From assembly GCA_016179745.1 (NCBI GenBank), contig JACPCP010000010.1:3832-67831 (forward strand): a stretch of 64,000 nucleotides of DNA, given 5' to 3'. The stretch comes from Candidatus Omnitrophota bacterium (lineage in GTDB: Bacteria > Omnitrophota > Omnitrophia > Omnitrophales > JACQLI01). Under the pieces are notes generated by a model. That model searched no databases. It saw nothing but the letters and a program-made list of their open reading frames with translations, and was not told the origin of the DNA. Both the position numbers and the translations under genes were made by a program. Every line of letters begins with the position of its first letter. Position 1 is the stretch's first letter. This document shows, in pieces, positions 39,677 through 49,361 of this stretch.

Positions 39677-40696
39677 TCATTTCACTTGGTTAACAGGCTT
39701 GCGAGACAAAAAGGCCCGGATGTTTTCGATGGTTGTGTCCAGGATCCTTTGGACCGCCTCCCGGGAATAAAAGGCCATGTGCGGCGTGTAAACGACATTT
39801 TCCCGATGCAGGAGGACATGGTTCTTCAGGGTTGTCTGAAGTTTTTTCCAATGCTCCTCATTTTCCGTTCCCTCGAGGAGCCGTTTCTCCTCCAGAATAA
39901 ACTCTTCTTCCTCCAGCACATCCAGGCCCGCTCCGCTTAGAATCCCTTTGTCCAGCGCTTCAACCAGGGCATCCGTGTCCACCAATCCTCCCCGGGCCGT
40001 ATTGATCAGGATCGCCCCCTTCTTGATGATTCGAATGGCCTTTTTGCCGATGAGGTGCCGGGTGCCGGGAAGAAAAGGGACGTGCAGGGTAAGGATATCA
40101 GAACGCTTCAGGAGTTCTTCGAAGGAAACATAATCAAAATTAAGCGCCTCTGAAAGAATCCTTTGTTCTTTGGCATCGCTGGCAATCACTTTCATCCCGA
40201 AGGCCACGCCGATACGGATCACGTGCACGCCGATATGGCCGGTCCCCACCACCCCCAGGGTTTTTCCTTTTAAGTCGAAACCCATCAGGTTGTCGATTGA
40301 AAAATTATTTTGAAGGGTCCGAAGGTAGGCCTTTCTCAGGTTTCTGGAAAGCGAGAGGATGAGGGCAAAGGCGTGTTCGGCAACTGTGTTTTCGCCGTAA
40401 GCCGGGACATTCGAAACGACAATTCCCCTCTCTCTCGCCGCCTCCAGGTCAATGTGCTCGAAACCGGTGGATCGGGTCGCAATGAAGCGAAGCTTCGGGA
40501 GGCCGGCCAAAAGGGAACGATAGACCTTTGATTTGATGAAGACAGAAAGCACCTCCATCTCCCTCAACGCCTCCAGGGACTCCTCGACAGTTCCCTGAAA
40601 GTAGGAAAAACCGTCCTTCTCCGGAAGTTCGTTTTGGAGATAGGCTTTCTGCCATTCCTCTTCCATCTCAACAAAAGCCGCTTTCACAGCCTTCAC
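39677..40696 (-). CDS. D-isomer-specific 2-hydroxyacid (D-lactate-type) dehydrogenase
   Basis: RSTGFEHID, NVPAYG..VAEH, GTGHIG, INTARG, LDVLEEE, TPHMAF. Confidence 0.9.
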   Translation of the reverse strand: MKAVKAAFVEMEEEWQKAYLQNELPEKDGFSYFQGTVEESLEALREMEVLSVFIKSKVYRSLLAGLPKLRFIATRSTGFEHIDLEAARERGIVVSNVPAYGENTVAEHAFALILSLSRNLRKAYLRTLQNNFSIDNLMGFDLKGKTLGVVGTGHIGVHVIRIGVAFGMKVIASDAKEQRILSEALNFDYVSFEELLKRSDILTLHVPFLPGTRHLIGKKAIRIIKKGAILINTARGGLVDTDALVEALDKGILSGAGLDVLEEEEFILEEKRLLEGTENEEHWKKLQTTLKNHVLLHRENVVYTPHMAFYSREAVQRILDTTIENIRAFLSRKPVNQVK

Positions 40697-41592
40697 ATGC
40701 CTCCTTCGGGGTCTTCGTGGATCGTCACATCCGCATTGGAAAACTTTTTTTTGATCTTCTCAATCAGAGATTCTGTCACCTCGTGGGCCGACACCAGACT
40801 TTCTTTGGGCTGTAGCACGAGATGGAAATCGATGAAGGTCTTATCGCCCGCCTTCCGGGTCCTCAATTCGTGGTAGCCCAGAATCCGCCGGTCGTGCCTT
40901 CGAATGAGGGTGCCCAGCTGATCCAGGACACCCTGGGGAAGCGAACGATCCACGAGTTCGTTCGCTGCCTGAATCAGAATCTGACCGGCGAGAAAAACAA
41001 CATAACCGCCGACAAAAATTCCGCCCACGAGGTCCCAGTTCGGCCATCCGGTCACTCGAACGAGAACCAGGGACACGACAATCACCGCATAGGAAAGAAT
41101 GTCCATGAAATAGTGGGCCTTCTCGGTCTTCACAATGAGGGACCCCGTCCTCCGCTCCGCCCTTTGCAGAATGGCGGTGATCAGGAAATTGACCCCCATT
41201 GAAAACCCGACCGCAAGAAACGCCAGCTCGGAACGGTGGATAAAACTTCCGGCCAGGGTGCGTCGGAAACTTTCTCCAAAAAGCAGAAAGGCAAAAATCA
41301 GAATCAGGACCCCTTGGGAATAAGAGGCGAGACTTTCGATCTTCTGGTGCCCGTAGGCGTGGTCCTCGTCGGGCGGTTTCGAGGCCTTGTAGACGGAGAG
41401 AAGATTCACGGAGGAAATTCCCATGTCCATCAGGGAATCCAGGGCCGAGGCCAGAAGGGCCTGAGAGGCTGTGAAAAGGGCGGCCAGCCCCTTCACGAGC
41501 GTAAGGAGAAAAGAGAGAGCGATCGCCCATCTCAAACTTCCGATCTTTTCCTTTAAAAGACCCGCTTCAGTCATTTTTAAGGCCCTCCCCAT
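40693..41592 (-). CDS. Cation diffusion facilitator (FieF-like)
   Basis: DSLMD, PPDEDHAYGHQKIE, HYFMD, AHEV, HEDP; start could be 41574. Confidence 0.88.
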   Translation of the reverse strand: MGRALKMTEAGLLKEKIGSLRWAIALSFLLTLVKGLAALFTASQALLASALDSLMDMGISSVNLLSVYKASKPPDEDHAYGHQKIESLASYSQGVLILIFAFLLFGESFRRTLAGSFIHRSELAFLAVGFSMGVNFLITAILQRAERRTGSLIVKTEKAHYFMDILSYAVIVVSLVLVRVTGWPNWDLVGGIFVGGYVVFLAGQILIQAANELVDRSLPQGVLDQLGTLIRRHDRRILGYHELRTRKAGDKTFIDFHLVLQPKESLVSAHEVTESLIEKIKKKFSNADVTIHEDPEGGM

Positions 41593-42166
41593 ATTCCGCC
41601 GGCGTGTTCAGGTTCATGAAAACCAGCGGCTCCTCTCGAGATTCCTCGTCCCAGGGGACCACTTTGATTCTCAAATCCTCCAGGGCGTCCCGGACGCTCA
41701 AAGAACCCCGCCGAATTCGAGCTTCAAAAACGCCCAGGGCGCTTTTGCGGTAAACCGCACAAAGCGGCTCCAGGCCGTAGGACGACCTCGGCAGGACGGC
41801 GTCAAAATCTTCCATGGACTCGCAGAGCCGCTTCACGACCCTCATCTTAACCTGGGGCATATCGCAGGCAAGGACAAAATTAAGTTCTGTCCGGCTGTAG
41901 AAAAGGCCCGTGGCGATCCCCACGAGAGGGGAAAAATACGGAAAGCGGTCTGCCACTAAGAGAGTTTCCCTTTCGAATTGAAACTTAAACTTCTCCTTCT
42001 CCTTGGCCACGACGATGATTTCTGAAACGTGCCCCGCCAAAGATTCGACCACCGCCTGGATCAAGGGCCTTCCCTGCCAGTCAAGGAAGGCCTTGTCCCG
42101 GCCCATGCGGCTTGACTTCCCGCCCGCCACCACAATGCCTGTTAAATCCCGGATCCTCTCTGTCAT
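41567..42166 (-). CDS. mobA: Molybdenum cofactor guanylyltransferase
   Basis: AGGKSSRMGRDKA, LACDMP, EPLCAVY, NLNTP. Confidence 0.92.
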   Translation of the reverse strand: MTERIRDLTGIVVAGGKSSRMGRDKAFLDWQGRPLIQAVVESLAGHVSEIIVVAKEKEKFKFQFERETLLVADRFPYFSPLVGIATGLFYSRTELNFVLACDMPQVKMRVVKRLCESMEDFDAVLPRSSYGLEPLCAVYRKSALGVFEARIRRGSLSVRDALEDLRIKVVPWDEESREEPLVFMNLNTPAEYGEGLKND

Positions 42167-42669
42167 TTCGTCCCAAAAAATTCCCTTTCGATGAATTCGG
42201 CGAGTTCATCGATCCGGGCGCTTGAAAAAACGGGGACGCTCGTCTTGACAGCGTCTTCGGAATAAACTGCCAGCAAATCGGGGTCTTCAGCCGCCACAAG
42301 ATTCTTGCCCAATTCCTTTCGGAAGACTTCAACTTTGGGAAGACTCGATTTCTTAAATCCCTCCACCAAAACCAAATCCTGAGATTCATAAAGCTCCAAA
42401 AGTTTCACGAGCGTCAGCTCGGATTTGAATTCCCGGACGAAGACCGTCTTGGTCCTCGAAGAAATCGCCACGGCCTCGGAGCCGGCCGAGCGGTGGCGGG
42501 AGGTGTCCTTGCCCGCCACGTCGATCTCAAACCCTTCGTGGCAGGTGTGCTTGATCGTCCCCACCCGAAGACCCCGGGCCTTCAAAATTGGAATCAACTT
42601 CTCAATGAGCGTGGTCTTTCCGCTGTTGTGGACACCCACCACGGAAATCGCAACCGGTTTTCTTTTCAT
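42163..42669 (-). CDS. mobB: Molybdopterin-guanine dinucleotide biosynthesis protein B
   Basis: G..NSGKTT, IKH, GKDT.RH..AG, DLVLVEGFK. Confidence 0.92.
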   Translation of the reverse strand: MKRKPVAISVVGVHNSGKTTLIEKLIPILKARGLRVGTIKHTCHEGFEIDVAGKDTSRHRSAGSEAVAISSRTKTVFVREFKSELTLVKLLELYESQDLVLVEGFKKSSLPKVEVFRKELGKNLVAAEDPDLLAVYSEDAVKTSVPVFSSARIDELAEFIEREFFGTK

Positions 42670-43430
42670 CCCAATCCCCTTATCAGTTTGAATGAAGCGG
42701 CCGCCAAAACCAGGGCCAGGATCCTCTTCAATCCCCGGCCGGAAAAGTGACGGGCCCCCAGGCGGGACCCTGCCCAACCGCCCAAAAACGCAGCCGCCAT
42801 CATCAAGCCCAGGGCGGGAGAGAGATAGAGTTCAAAATTTTGTCTCAAGTGGCGTCCGAAGATTCCGGCGAGGGAATTGACAAAGATAAAAAGCGCTGAG
42901 GCCGCCGCCGTCTCCTTCGGAGGGGCCCACTTTGAGAGGAGAATCAAGGGACTCAGAAAGATCCCTCCCCCGACTCCCACGAGGCCTGAGAGAATTCCAA
43001 CGCCGCCCCCGACCGGAAGAGCCACTTTTAAACTCGGGGGTTTTAAAATTCCCGGGATTTTTTCCGTTTCAAAGTCGAAGGCCAAACGAAGGGCCGCATA
43101 AAAGAGAACGCCCGCCAAAAGGAGCGCATAAATCCCGGACGAAATTTCCAGAAATCCTCCCAGAAAGGCGGCCGGGACCGAGGCCGCAAGAAAGGGCCAG
43201 GTCAAACTCCACGAGAAGTAACCGGCCTTTCGATAAGTCCAAAAGGCCGTTCCTGCCACGAGTAAATTTAACCGGAGGGCGCTCATGGCCATTTCCTCGT
43301 GGGGAACGGAAAAAAAAGAAAGGAGGGCCAGATACCCCGACGCCCCTCCGTGCCCGACCGAGGAATAAATCAGGGCCACTAAAAAAATAAGAAGGAGGAC
43401 CGGGGTCATCTGAATCAAACTAAGTCCCAT
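42666..43430 (-). CDS. Sulfite exporter TauE/SafE family membrane protein
   Basis: YSSVGHGGASGYLA and GLVGVGGGIFLSP repeats; GGAGG RBS before ATG 43430. Confidence 0.88.
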   Translation of the reverse strand: MGLSLIQMTPVLLLIFLVALIYSSVGHGGASGYLALLSFFSVPHEEMAMSALRLNLLVAGTAFWTYRKAGYFSWSLTWPFLAASVPAAFLGGFLEISSGIYALLLAGVLFYAALRLAFDFETEKIPGILKPPSLKVALPVGGGVGILSGLVGVGGGIFLSPLILLSKWAPPKETAAASALFIFVNSLAGIFGRHLRQNFELYLSPALGLMMAAAFLGGWAGSRLGARHFSGRGLKRILALVLAAASFKLIRGLG

Positions 43431-43938
43431 TTTTCCGCCTCCCCTTCCTCTCATCGGTTCTGCAATCCATGACCGTCCCCCGAATCAATCCCACCGCATG
43501 CGCCAGAAGGGGCCCCAGAATCTTGAAGGCCTCTCGAACCGCTTCCGGGCTTCCCGGAAGATTCACAATAAGACTCCGCTTGCGGACGCCGGCCACTCCC
43601 CGTGAAAGGACCGCTCGGGGGGTTTGTTGCTGCCCCACCTGTCTCAGCGCCTCAGACACGCCGGGGATTTCTTTCTCCAGGATTTCGGAGGTGGCCTCCG
43701 GTGTCACATCCCGGGCAGCGATCCCGGTCCCGCCGGTCGTTAAAACCACTTCGCAGTCGAGGTCATCGACCCAGGAAATCAACACCGCCTGAATCCGGTT
43801 CTTCTCATCGGGAACCACCTGGCGGGCGACGATTTCGGCCGGAATCTTCCTGACCAGTTCCGCCAGTAACTTTCCGCTCAAATCCTCCCTCAAACCTTGC
43901 GAAGAACGGTCGCTCACGGTCACAATCCCGACTCTCAT
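43420..43938 (-). CDS. mog: Molybdopterin adenylyltransferase (MogA/MoaB)
   Basis: TVSD, D.SG, TTGGTG...RDVTPEA, NLPGSP. Confidence 0.9.
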   Translation of the reverse strand: MRVGIVTVSDRSSQGLREDLSGKLLAELVRKIPAEIVARQVVPDEKNRIQAVLISWVDDLDCEVVLTTGGTGIAARDVTPEATSEILEKEIPGVSEALRQVGQQQTPRAVLSRGVAGVRKRSLIVNLPGSPEAVREAFKILGPLLAHAVGLIRGTVMDCRTDERKGRRKNGT

Positions 43939-44462
43939 AGAATCTTTTCTTCTCCTTCTCTCAGGTAGGCGCCGCTCTTTCCGCCCGTTTTCTTGATTAA
44001 ACGAATATTCCCAATCACGATCCCCTTGTCCACGGCCTTGCACATATCGTAAAGCGTAAGACCCGCCACAGCGACAGCGGTCAGGGCCTCCATCTCGACC
44101 CCGGTCTTGGCGGAGGTCTTCACGGTCGATTCGATTTCAACTGTCCGGCCGTCATCGAGAAAAATAAATCGAAGGTCAATCGAATCCAGAGGGAGCGAAT
44201 GACAGAGGGGAATAAGCCCGGCGGTCCGTTTGGCCGCCAAAATTCCCGCTGTTTTGGCCACGGCCACGGCATCACCTTTCACCAGACGATTCTCTTTAAG
44301 CTGCCGAAAGGCCTCGGGTGACATCCGCACCTCACCCCGGGCAATAGCGGTTCTTTCCGTATCTTTTTTTGAACCCACATCAACCATCTTGAGTTCACCT
44401 TTGGAATCCAAATGGCTGAGTGAAACAGGAGACCCGTCCCCTGTTTCTAGTTTTTTCTTCAT
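43935..44462 (-). CDS. moaC: Cyclic pyranopterin monophosphate synthase
   Basis: LSHLD..G...MVDV, LIPLCH, TGVEMEAL, YDMCKAVD, KTGGKSG. Confidence 0.96.
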   Translation of the reverse strand: MKKKLETGDGSPVSLSHLDSKGELKMVDVGSKKDTERTAIARGEVRMSPEAFRQLKENRLVKGDAVAVAKTAGILAAKRTAGLIPLCHSLPLDSIDLRFIFLDDGRTVEIESTVKTSAKTGVEMEALTAVAVAGLTLYDMCKAVDKGIVIGNIRLIKKTGGKSGAYLREGEEKIL

Positions 44463-45661
44463 AAAATCAGCGCCTCGACCTCCTCGCCTTTACTCCTCTT
44501 TGAAACATTTTCTCCTAACCGGAGCAAGGCATTAGCGTGGGCCAGCGAACTCAAACAATGCGAACCCTGCATGCCGCTTGAGCGGATTCCGGGGGCTCCG
44601 TGATTCCTTTCACAGACGGCCCGGATAAAATCAACTCTTCCCGGGGCGTGGGTCAGGTCCTGGGCGAGCCGGGCTTTTTCGAAGACCGGCAGCGCTTCAC
44701 GGGCCCCCATCCTCTTCCGGAGGGCGGGACGGACAAAGAGTTGAAAGGAAACAAAACTCGAGGCGGGATTTCCCGGCAGACCGAAGACCAGCGTTTTCCC
44801 TTTTTTCCCGAAAAAGAGCGGTTTGCCGGGTTTCATTCGGACCTTCCAGAAAAGTTCCTTGACGCCTTCTGCTTCAAGAATTTCCTTCACCAGATCATGG
44901 GTCCCGGCCGAAACGCCTCCGGCCACAAGCAGAAGGTCCCGGGCCAGGCCCTTTCTGATTTTTTTCCTGAGGCTGGCCCGGCTGTCTTTTGCGATCCCGA
45001 GACGGACCGGGTTCGCCCCCGCTTCCCTCAAAAGGGCTTCTAAGGTGTCAGAATTCGAATCTCGAATTTTTCCCGGAGAAAGCTTTTTTGAAACCGGCAC
45101 CAGCTCATTGCCGGTCGAAAGAAAGGCAACGCTGGGTCTTGGAAAAACAAGGGGTCGGCTGAAGCCCAGGGCCGCCAAGAGGGCCACTTGCTGGGCATGG
45201 ATAGCCGTTCCTTTCTGGAGCACGGTCTTTCCCTTTCGGACATCTTCGCCCTGATAACGGATATTTTCTCCCGTTGAGACAACCCTCTTGATTTTTATTT
45301 CGTCCCCCACGGACTCGGTCTCCTCCAACATCACCACCGCACCGGCCCCTCTCGGGAGAAGCCCCCCCGTCATGATCCGGGCGCAGGTTCTGGCTGTAAT
45401 TTTCCTTCTCGCCACTTTGCCTGCCGGCAAATCTTCAACCCTTTGAAGCCGGCAGGGAGATTCTTCGGAAGCCTGTGCCGTGTCTTCGCCCCGAAGGGCA
45501 TAGCCGTCCATGGCAGAACTCGTGAAAGGAGGAAGATCGACGGAGGCAATAACGTCTTCTGCGAGAACGAGTCCGAGCGAATCCTTAAGCGAGACCCGCC
45601 TCGGGGGATTCGGCCTCGTAGAATCGAGGATAATCATTTGTGCTTCTTCTACGGAAATCAT
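44459..45661 (-). CDS. moeA: Molybdopterin molybdenumtransferase
   Basis: SAMDGYA, IMTG, STGNEL, GGVSAG, MKPGKP, LPGNP. Confidence 0.95.
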   Translation of the reverse strand: MISVEEAQMIILDSTRPNPPRRVSLKDSLGLVLAEDVIASVDLPPFTSSAMDGYALRGEDTAQASEESPCRLQRVEDLPAGKVARRKITARTCARIMTGGLLPRGAGAVVMLEETESVGDEIKIKRVVSTGENIRYQGEDVRKGKTVLQKGTAIHAQQVALLAALGFSRPLVFPRPSVAFLSTGNELVPVSKKLSPGKIRDSNSDTLEALLREAGANPVRLGIAKDSRASLRKKIRKGLARDLLLVAGGVSAGTHDLVKEILEAEGVKELFWKVRMKPGKPLFFGKKGKTLVFGLPGNPASSFVSFQLFVRPALRKRMGAREALPVFEKARLAQDLTHAPGRVDFIRAVCERNHGAPGIRSSGMQGSHCLSSLAHANALLRLGENVSKRSKGEEVEALIL

Positions 45662-45671
45662 TGATTTCCCC

Positions 45672-46181
45672 TCACCCCAACCCCTTCCCTGTCTCGATTG
45701 AAGCAACTGAAGCAACCGGTTCCTCCCGGGTTCCTGCCCCTTCCGTGATTTTAATCCGGTCGCCCACTTGGATTTCCCCGCCCGAGAGGACCCGGGCAAA
45801 AATCCCTTCGGTCGGGAAAATGCAGTTCCCCACCTGATAGTAAATGGCGCAAGGGGTGTGGCAGACCTTTCCGATCTGAGTGATCTCGATCAGGGCCCCC
45901 TCCCCCAGGAAGAGTTTCGTTCCCACCGGAATTTCCAAAAGATCGATTCCATCGGTGGTGATATTCTCCGCAAAATCTCCCGGACCCACCCGGAGGCCCT
46001 GATCCACCATTTTTTGAATGCTCACCAAACTCATCAGACTGACTTGTCTCGTCCAATTGCCGGCGTGGGCGTCCCCCTCGATCCCGAAATTTTCAATAAG
46101 ACGGGCATTCGGAACATTGGTCTTTTTAATCCTTCGATGACGGCTGATTGAAATCGCAAGAATGCGTCCCGCCTCTTCCAC
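45672..46181 (-). CDS. MOSC domain protein
   Basis: GIEGDAHAG..RQVSL, GDFAEN, TQIGKVCH..C, EGIF. Confidence 0.9.
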   Translation of the reverse strand: MEEAGRILAISISRHRRIKKTNVPNARLIENFGIEGDAHAGNWTRQVSLMSLVSIQKMVDQGLRVGPGDFAENITTDGIDLLEIPVGTKLFLGEGALIEITQIGKVCHTPCAIYYQVGNCIFPTEGIFARVLSGGEIQVGDRIKITEGAGTREEPVASVASIETGKGLG

Positions 46182-46182
46182 C

Positions 46183-47163
46183 TTACCCTCCCACCTGGCA
46201 CATGTAGGTCACCGGCTCATCTTCTGGCAACCCCTTGAAGGCGTGCCCCTTCGGTTTTCCCTGGACGGCCTCGTGAATTAAATCCATCAGTTCCGGACGG
46301 GAAGCGCCCAGACGCAACGGCGTTCTTAAATCGAGAGTTTCCTCGCCGTGAAGGCAAAGCCTCAAAATTCCGTCCGAGCGAAGCCGGATCCGGTTGCAAT
46401 CGGAACAAAAAGCATTGGTGATGGAATTGATAAAACCAATCCTTCCCCTTCCGCCCCGTAACCGGTAAGTCTCGGCCACATCGCCGGGAAGCCGCTCCTC
46501 TGGAATCAATTCCGCATAGCGGCTCACTTGCTCTTTAATCTTGCTACTGGGGACAAACCGATCCCGCTCGACAAGAAAACAGTTCTTGGTCGGCATAAGC
46601 TCGATAAAGCGAAGCTCGATCGGACACCGCATGGCAAAGGCTGCAAACTTTTCGATCTCATCGTCATTCACCTCTTTGAGGGTCACCACGTTGACCTTCA
46701 CGGGATCCAATCCCGCTCGAAGGGCCGCTTGAATGCCTTCAAGAACTTTCTCGTGACAATCAAGGCCGGTGATCCAACGGAATTTTTCCCCGTCAAACGT
46801 ATCCAGGCTGATATTGATCCTTCCCAGCCCCGCCTGGCGGAGCCGGGCCGCCTGCTCGGCCAGAAAAACACCGTTGGTGGAAAGAGAGAGGTCTTTCACG
46901 CCCTGAAGCCGCCGAATACCGGAAATGAGAACGTCGAGATCCTTACGAAGGAGGGGTTCGCCTCCGGTGATACGGACCTTTTCGATGCCGAGCTCAACGA
47001 AACACTCGACAAGACGGAGGATCTCCTCATAGCTCAAGATTTCTTCCCGCTCAATCAAAGGAAATCCGCCGACCGGGACACAATACCGGCACCTTAAATT
47101 ACAACGGTCGGTCACCGAGACCCGCAAGTAATTAATGGCCCGGCCGTAACGATCTTTGAGCAT
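46183..47163 (-). CDS. moaA: GTP 3',8-cyclase
   Basis: YLRVSVTDRCNLRCRYC, TGGEP, FCSDCNRIR...CL, C-terminal GG. Confidence 0.96.
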   Translation of the reverse strand: MLKDRYGRAINYLRVSVTDRCNLRCRYCVPVGGFPLIEREEILSYEEILRLVECFVELGIEKVRITGGEPLLRKDLDVLISGIRRLQGVKDLSLSTNGVFLAEQAARLRQAGLGRINISLDTFDGEKFRWITGLDCHEKVLEGIQAALRAGLDPVKVNVVTLKEVNDDEIEKFAAFAMRCPIELRFIELMPTKNCFLVERDRFVPSSKIKEQVSRYAELIPEERLPGDVAETYRLRGGRGRIGFINSITNAFCSDCNRIRLRSDGILRLCLHGEETLDLRTPLRLGASRPELMDLIHEAVQGKPKGHAFKGLPEDEPVTYMCQVGG

Positions 47164-47192
47164 GGGCTTCCTCTTTAATTTTTACGCCAAAT

Positions 47193-47229
47193 AAAAAAAG
47201 CCAGCCTCAAATAAATAGAGACTGGCTTT
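47193..47229 (-). terminator. Intrinsic terminator (riboswitch expression platform) upstream of moaA
   Basis: On the - strand AAAGCCAGTCTC-loop-GAGGCTGGCTTT running into a T tract. Confidence 0.8.
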
Positions 47230-47237
47230 GGCAGCTT

Positions 47238-47413
47238 CTCCTTTCCAAGTCCAGCCTCGTCTGAGGCGGGTCCCACTCCTGCCCCGCCACGTTTCGTGGC
47301 AGGGCAGGGCAGGACTCGAGGAGGTGCCTTCGTTTCCTAGCGGCACCCGAAACGGCCGGCGCCGCATGTCCTCCCAAAGGGAGAGAATGAGGATTTAGCG
47401 GTCCGGCTCGGAG
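47238..47413 (-). ncRNA. Moco (molybdenum cofactor) riboswitch
   Basis: - strand CTCCGAGC...CTAA...ATG...GGGTGCC..GGAAAC..GGCACCTCC...GGAAAGGAG matches the Moco RNA motif; lies 5' of the moaA operon. Confidence 0.85.
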
Positions 47414-47467
47414 ATTAAGTCAATAAATCTGAAAGAGCAATGTTCTGTCCGGCTTTTTTAACGGCTG

Positions 47468-47510
47468 ACTCTACTCAGTTGCAGAATTGATGTCAGTGAC
47501 AGAGATCACA
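47468..47510 (-). promoter_or_regulatory. CRP/FNR-family box plus -10 element for the Moco operon
   Basis: TGTGA-tctctg-TCACT (47510-47495), 21 nt, then TAGAGT (47473-47468): class II (-41.5) geometry. Confidence 0.65.
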
Positions 47511-47541
47511 CGCCGGATTTCCTGCCTTCTCAACCTCTAGC

Positions 47542-48720
47542 TCAATACGCAACCTGTATGGCGCTCAGGATTTGATTATCGTCCAAGCTACCCTGACCCT
47601 CCCGCCGGACGTAATTCAGCTGGAGCTTGGCGTGATAACTATCAAGAAAGTAATTGAGTCCAGCGGTCAAATCGTGAGCCCGGTCTTCGGAGGCCCGCTC
47701 ATTCTGGTCGAAGCTGTCGAACTTAAGCACTCCTTGCAATTTGTCTGGGAGTAAGAAATAGCCGCCCTGGGTATACCATCCCCAGAGGGGGGCAGCGGCC
47801 GTCTGTCCGTAGGCGGCTTCTCCCTTCAAGGAGTAGCGGCCGTATTCCCACCTTGCTTCGAATCCCATCCGCCGTTTCTCTGTGAACACAGAGGAATCGT
47901 TTGAATTCCGATAATATTGACTGATCCCCAACTCAACATTCTTGAGGACTTCGTGTTGGGAACTCCCTGAGCGGAATGGACGAAGAACAGCCCGCCAGGC
48001 AAGGTCTTTCTTATCATTCACATCCAGATTGTTTTGTTCTTGACCGTTGAAGACGCCCGCTTGATACATCAACCAGTCCCAGTCTCCGGTCATCATGATG
48101 CCGATATCCCGTTTGTCGCCAAAAGTGCGGGTGATGAAAGAACGTTCAATCGTCTCCAGCTTTGCCGAGGAACGGAGACCCTCCTCGGTGTGTGGAATTT
48201 TAAATTGTCCGATGTCAAACTTGTGCCTGGGAACATATCCCAGTGTGAAGTAAGCATCCTGAAGGGAGCTTCGCCTCGTGGCGTCCTCCCGGAGTTGAGA
48301 AGGATCAAACATAATGGTCCATCTAAGGTCCTTATTGACCTCGCCCGCAAATTTCAATTCTGTCCGTCGAATCCTGGCCGTATCATCCGCATCGTTGGAC
48401 ATGGAATACCAGCCCTGAAAAAGCCCTCCCACGGTGAGCTTCCCGTAGCCAACGCCCACTTTTTTCTCCAACTCTTCCTTGGTCGGGAGATAGACCGTCT
48501 CATTGGGTTTCTTCTCGGCAACAACCGACTGAAGGGCCTGGATTTGAGAAGTTTGTTCTTTGATGACCGTCTGCTGGGAAGCAATCGTTTTCTCGAGGGC
48601 CCCAATCCGCTGCTCGAGCTTGGACATATTCGCAACCTGGTCCGACGGAGTTTCAATCCCGCCGGCAAAGGCCTTCGAAGTTAAAAAAACAAAGAGCATT
48701 GTCAGCATCACTTTTTTCAT
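47542..48720 (-). CDS. Outer-membrane porin (OprO/OprP-like anion porin) with N-terminal coiled coil
   Basis: Signal peptide, IRRTELKFAG, LQDAY, GQFKIP..EE, IERS, RDIG, KLQLNY, terminal aromatic (QVAY). Confidence 0.8.
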   Translation of the reverse strand: MKKVMLTMLFVFLTSKAFAGGIETPSDQVANMSKLEQRIGALEKTIASQQTVIKEQTSQIQALQSVVAEKKPNETVYLPTKEELEKKVGVGYGKLTVGGLFQGWYSMSNDADDTARIRRTELKFAGEVNKDLRWTIMFDPSQLREDATRRSSLQDAYFTLGYVPRHKFDIGQFKIPHTEEGLRSSAKLETIERSFITRTFGDKRDIGIMMTGDWDWLMYQAGVFNGQEQNNLDVNDKKDLAWRAVLRPFRSGSSQHEVLKNVELGISQYYRNSNDSSVFTEKRRMGFEARWEYGRYSLKGEAAYGQTAAAPLWGWYTQGGYFLLPDKLQGVLKFDSFDQNERASEDRAHDLTAGLNYFLDSYHAKLQLNYVRREGQGSLDDNQILSAIQVAY

Positions 48721-49361
48721 TGTTGGGTCTCCTCCCTTTGGATAAATCGTTCTAGACTGAGAGCCACCTTTTGGTAAAAGTTTGAAACGGTTTGTTTCGT
48801 AAGATGATTCAGAAAAACAAAAATCCATCGCCCGAGGTGTTCCTTAAAAAAAGCCTCGGCGGCGTCCTCTTTCCCGGCTTGAAGCATTCGCCCCATAAAC
48901 TCGAGTTCGCAGGCCGCATGGTCCGGAAGTTCATGGAAGGCCGTCACCTTCCGAAATCCCTCGGCCTCATAAATCGTCTGCACCTGGACGGCTGATTCTC
49001 CGCCCAAGAAACCCTTCATTCCTTCGGGCAGGGATTCCGACCTGAAATAGCAGGAGTTTGCCGTCGACGTGTCAATGGTCAACCGATCGCAATAGTAAGA
49101 CTCATAAGGGGAGACCGCTTTCTCCCCGGGCGCCACAAAAAGTGAAGTATATTCCACAGCAATGTCGTCGACCCTCGCCGGCCAATCCGGATCTTCCAAG
49201 ATCGTAGTGTTGCCCGGAACCGCATCCCCGCTGAAACAGAAGGCAAGTGTCAGGAGTTTTTGCTCGGTAACCGATCGGAGGAGAGCGCCATCAGGCGCTT
49301 CCCGGAAAAGTCGGGAAAACAAAAAATAAACTGCGGTCTTTTCCTCAAGCTCGGCTGACAC
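48717..49361 (-). CDS. TorD/DmsD family molybdoenzyme maturation chaperone
   Basis: EYTSLF, PYESYY, ELPDHAACELEFM, EHLGRW. Confidence 0.9.
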   Translation of the reverse strand: MSAELEEKTAVYFLFSRLFREAPDGALLRSVTEQKLLTLAFCFSGDAVPGNTTILEDPDWPARVDDIAVEYTSLFVAPGEKAVSPYESYYCDRLTIDTSTANSCYFRSESLPEGMKGFLGGESAVQVQTIYEAEGFRKVTAFHELPDHAACELEFMGRMLQAGKEDAAEAFFKEHLGRWIFVFLNHLTKQTVSNFYQKVALSLERFIQREETQQ

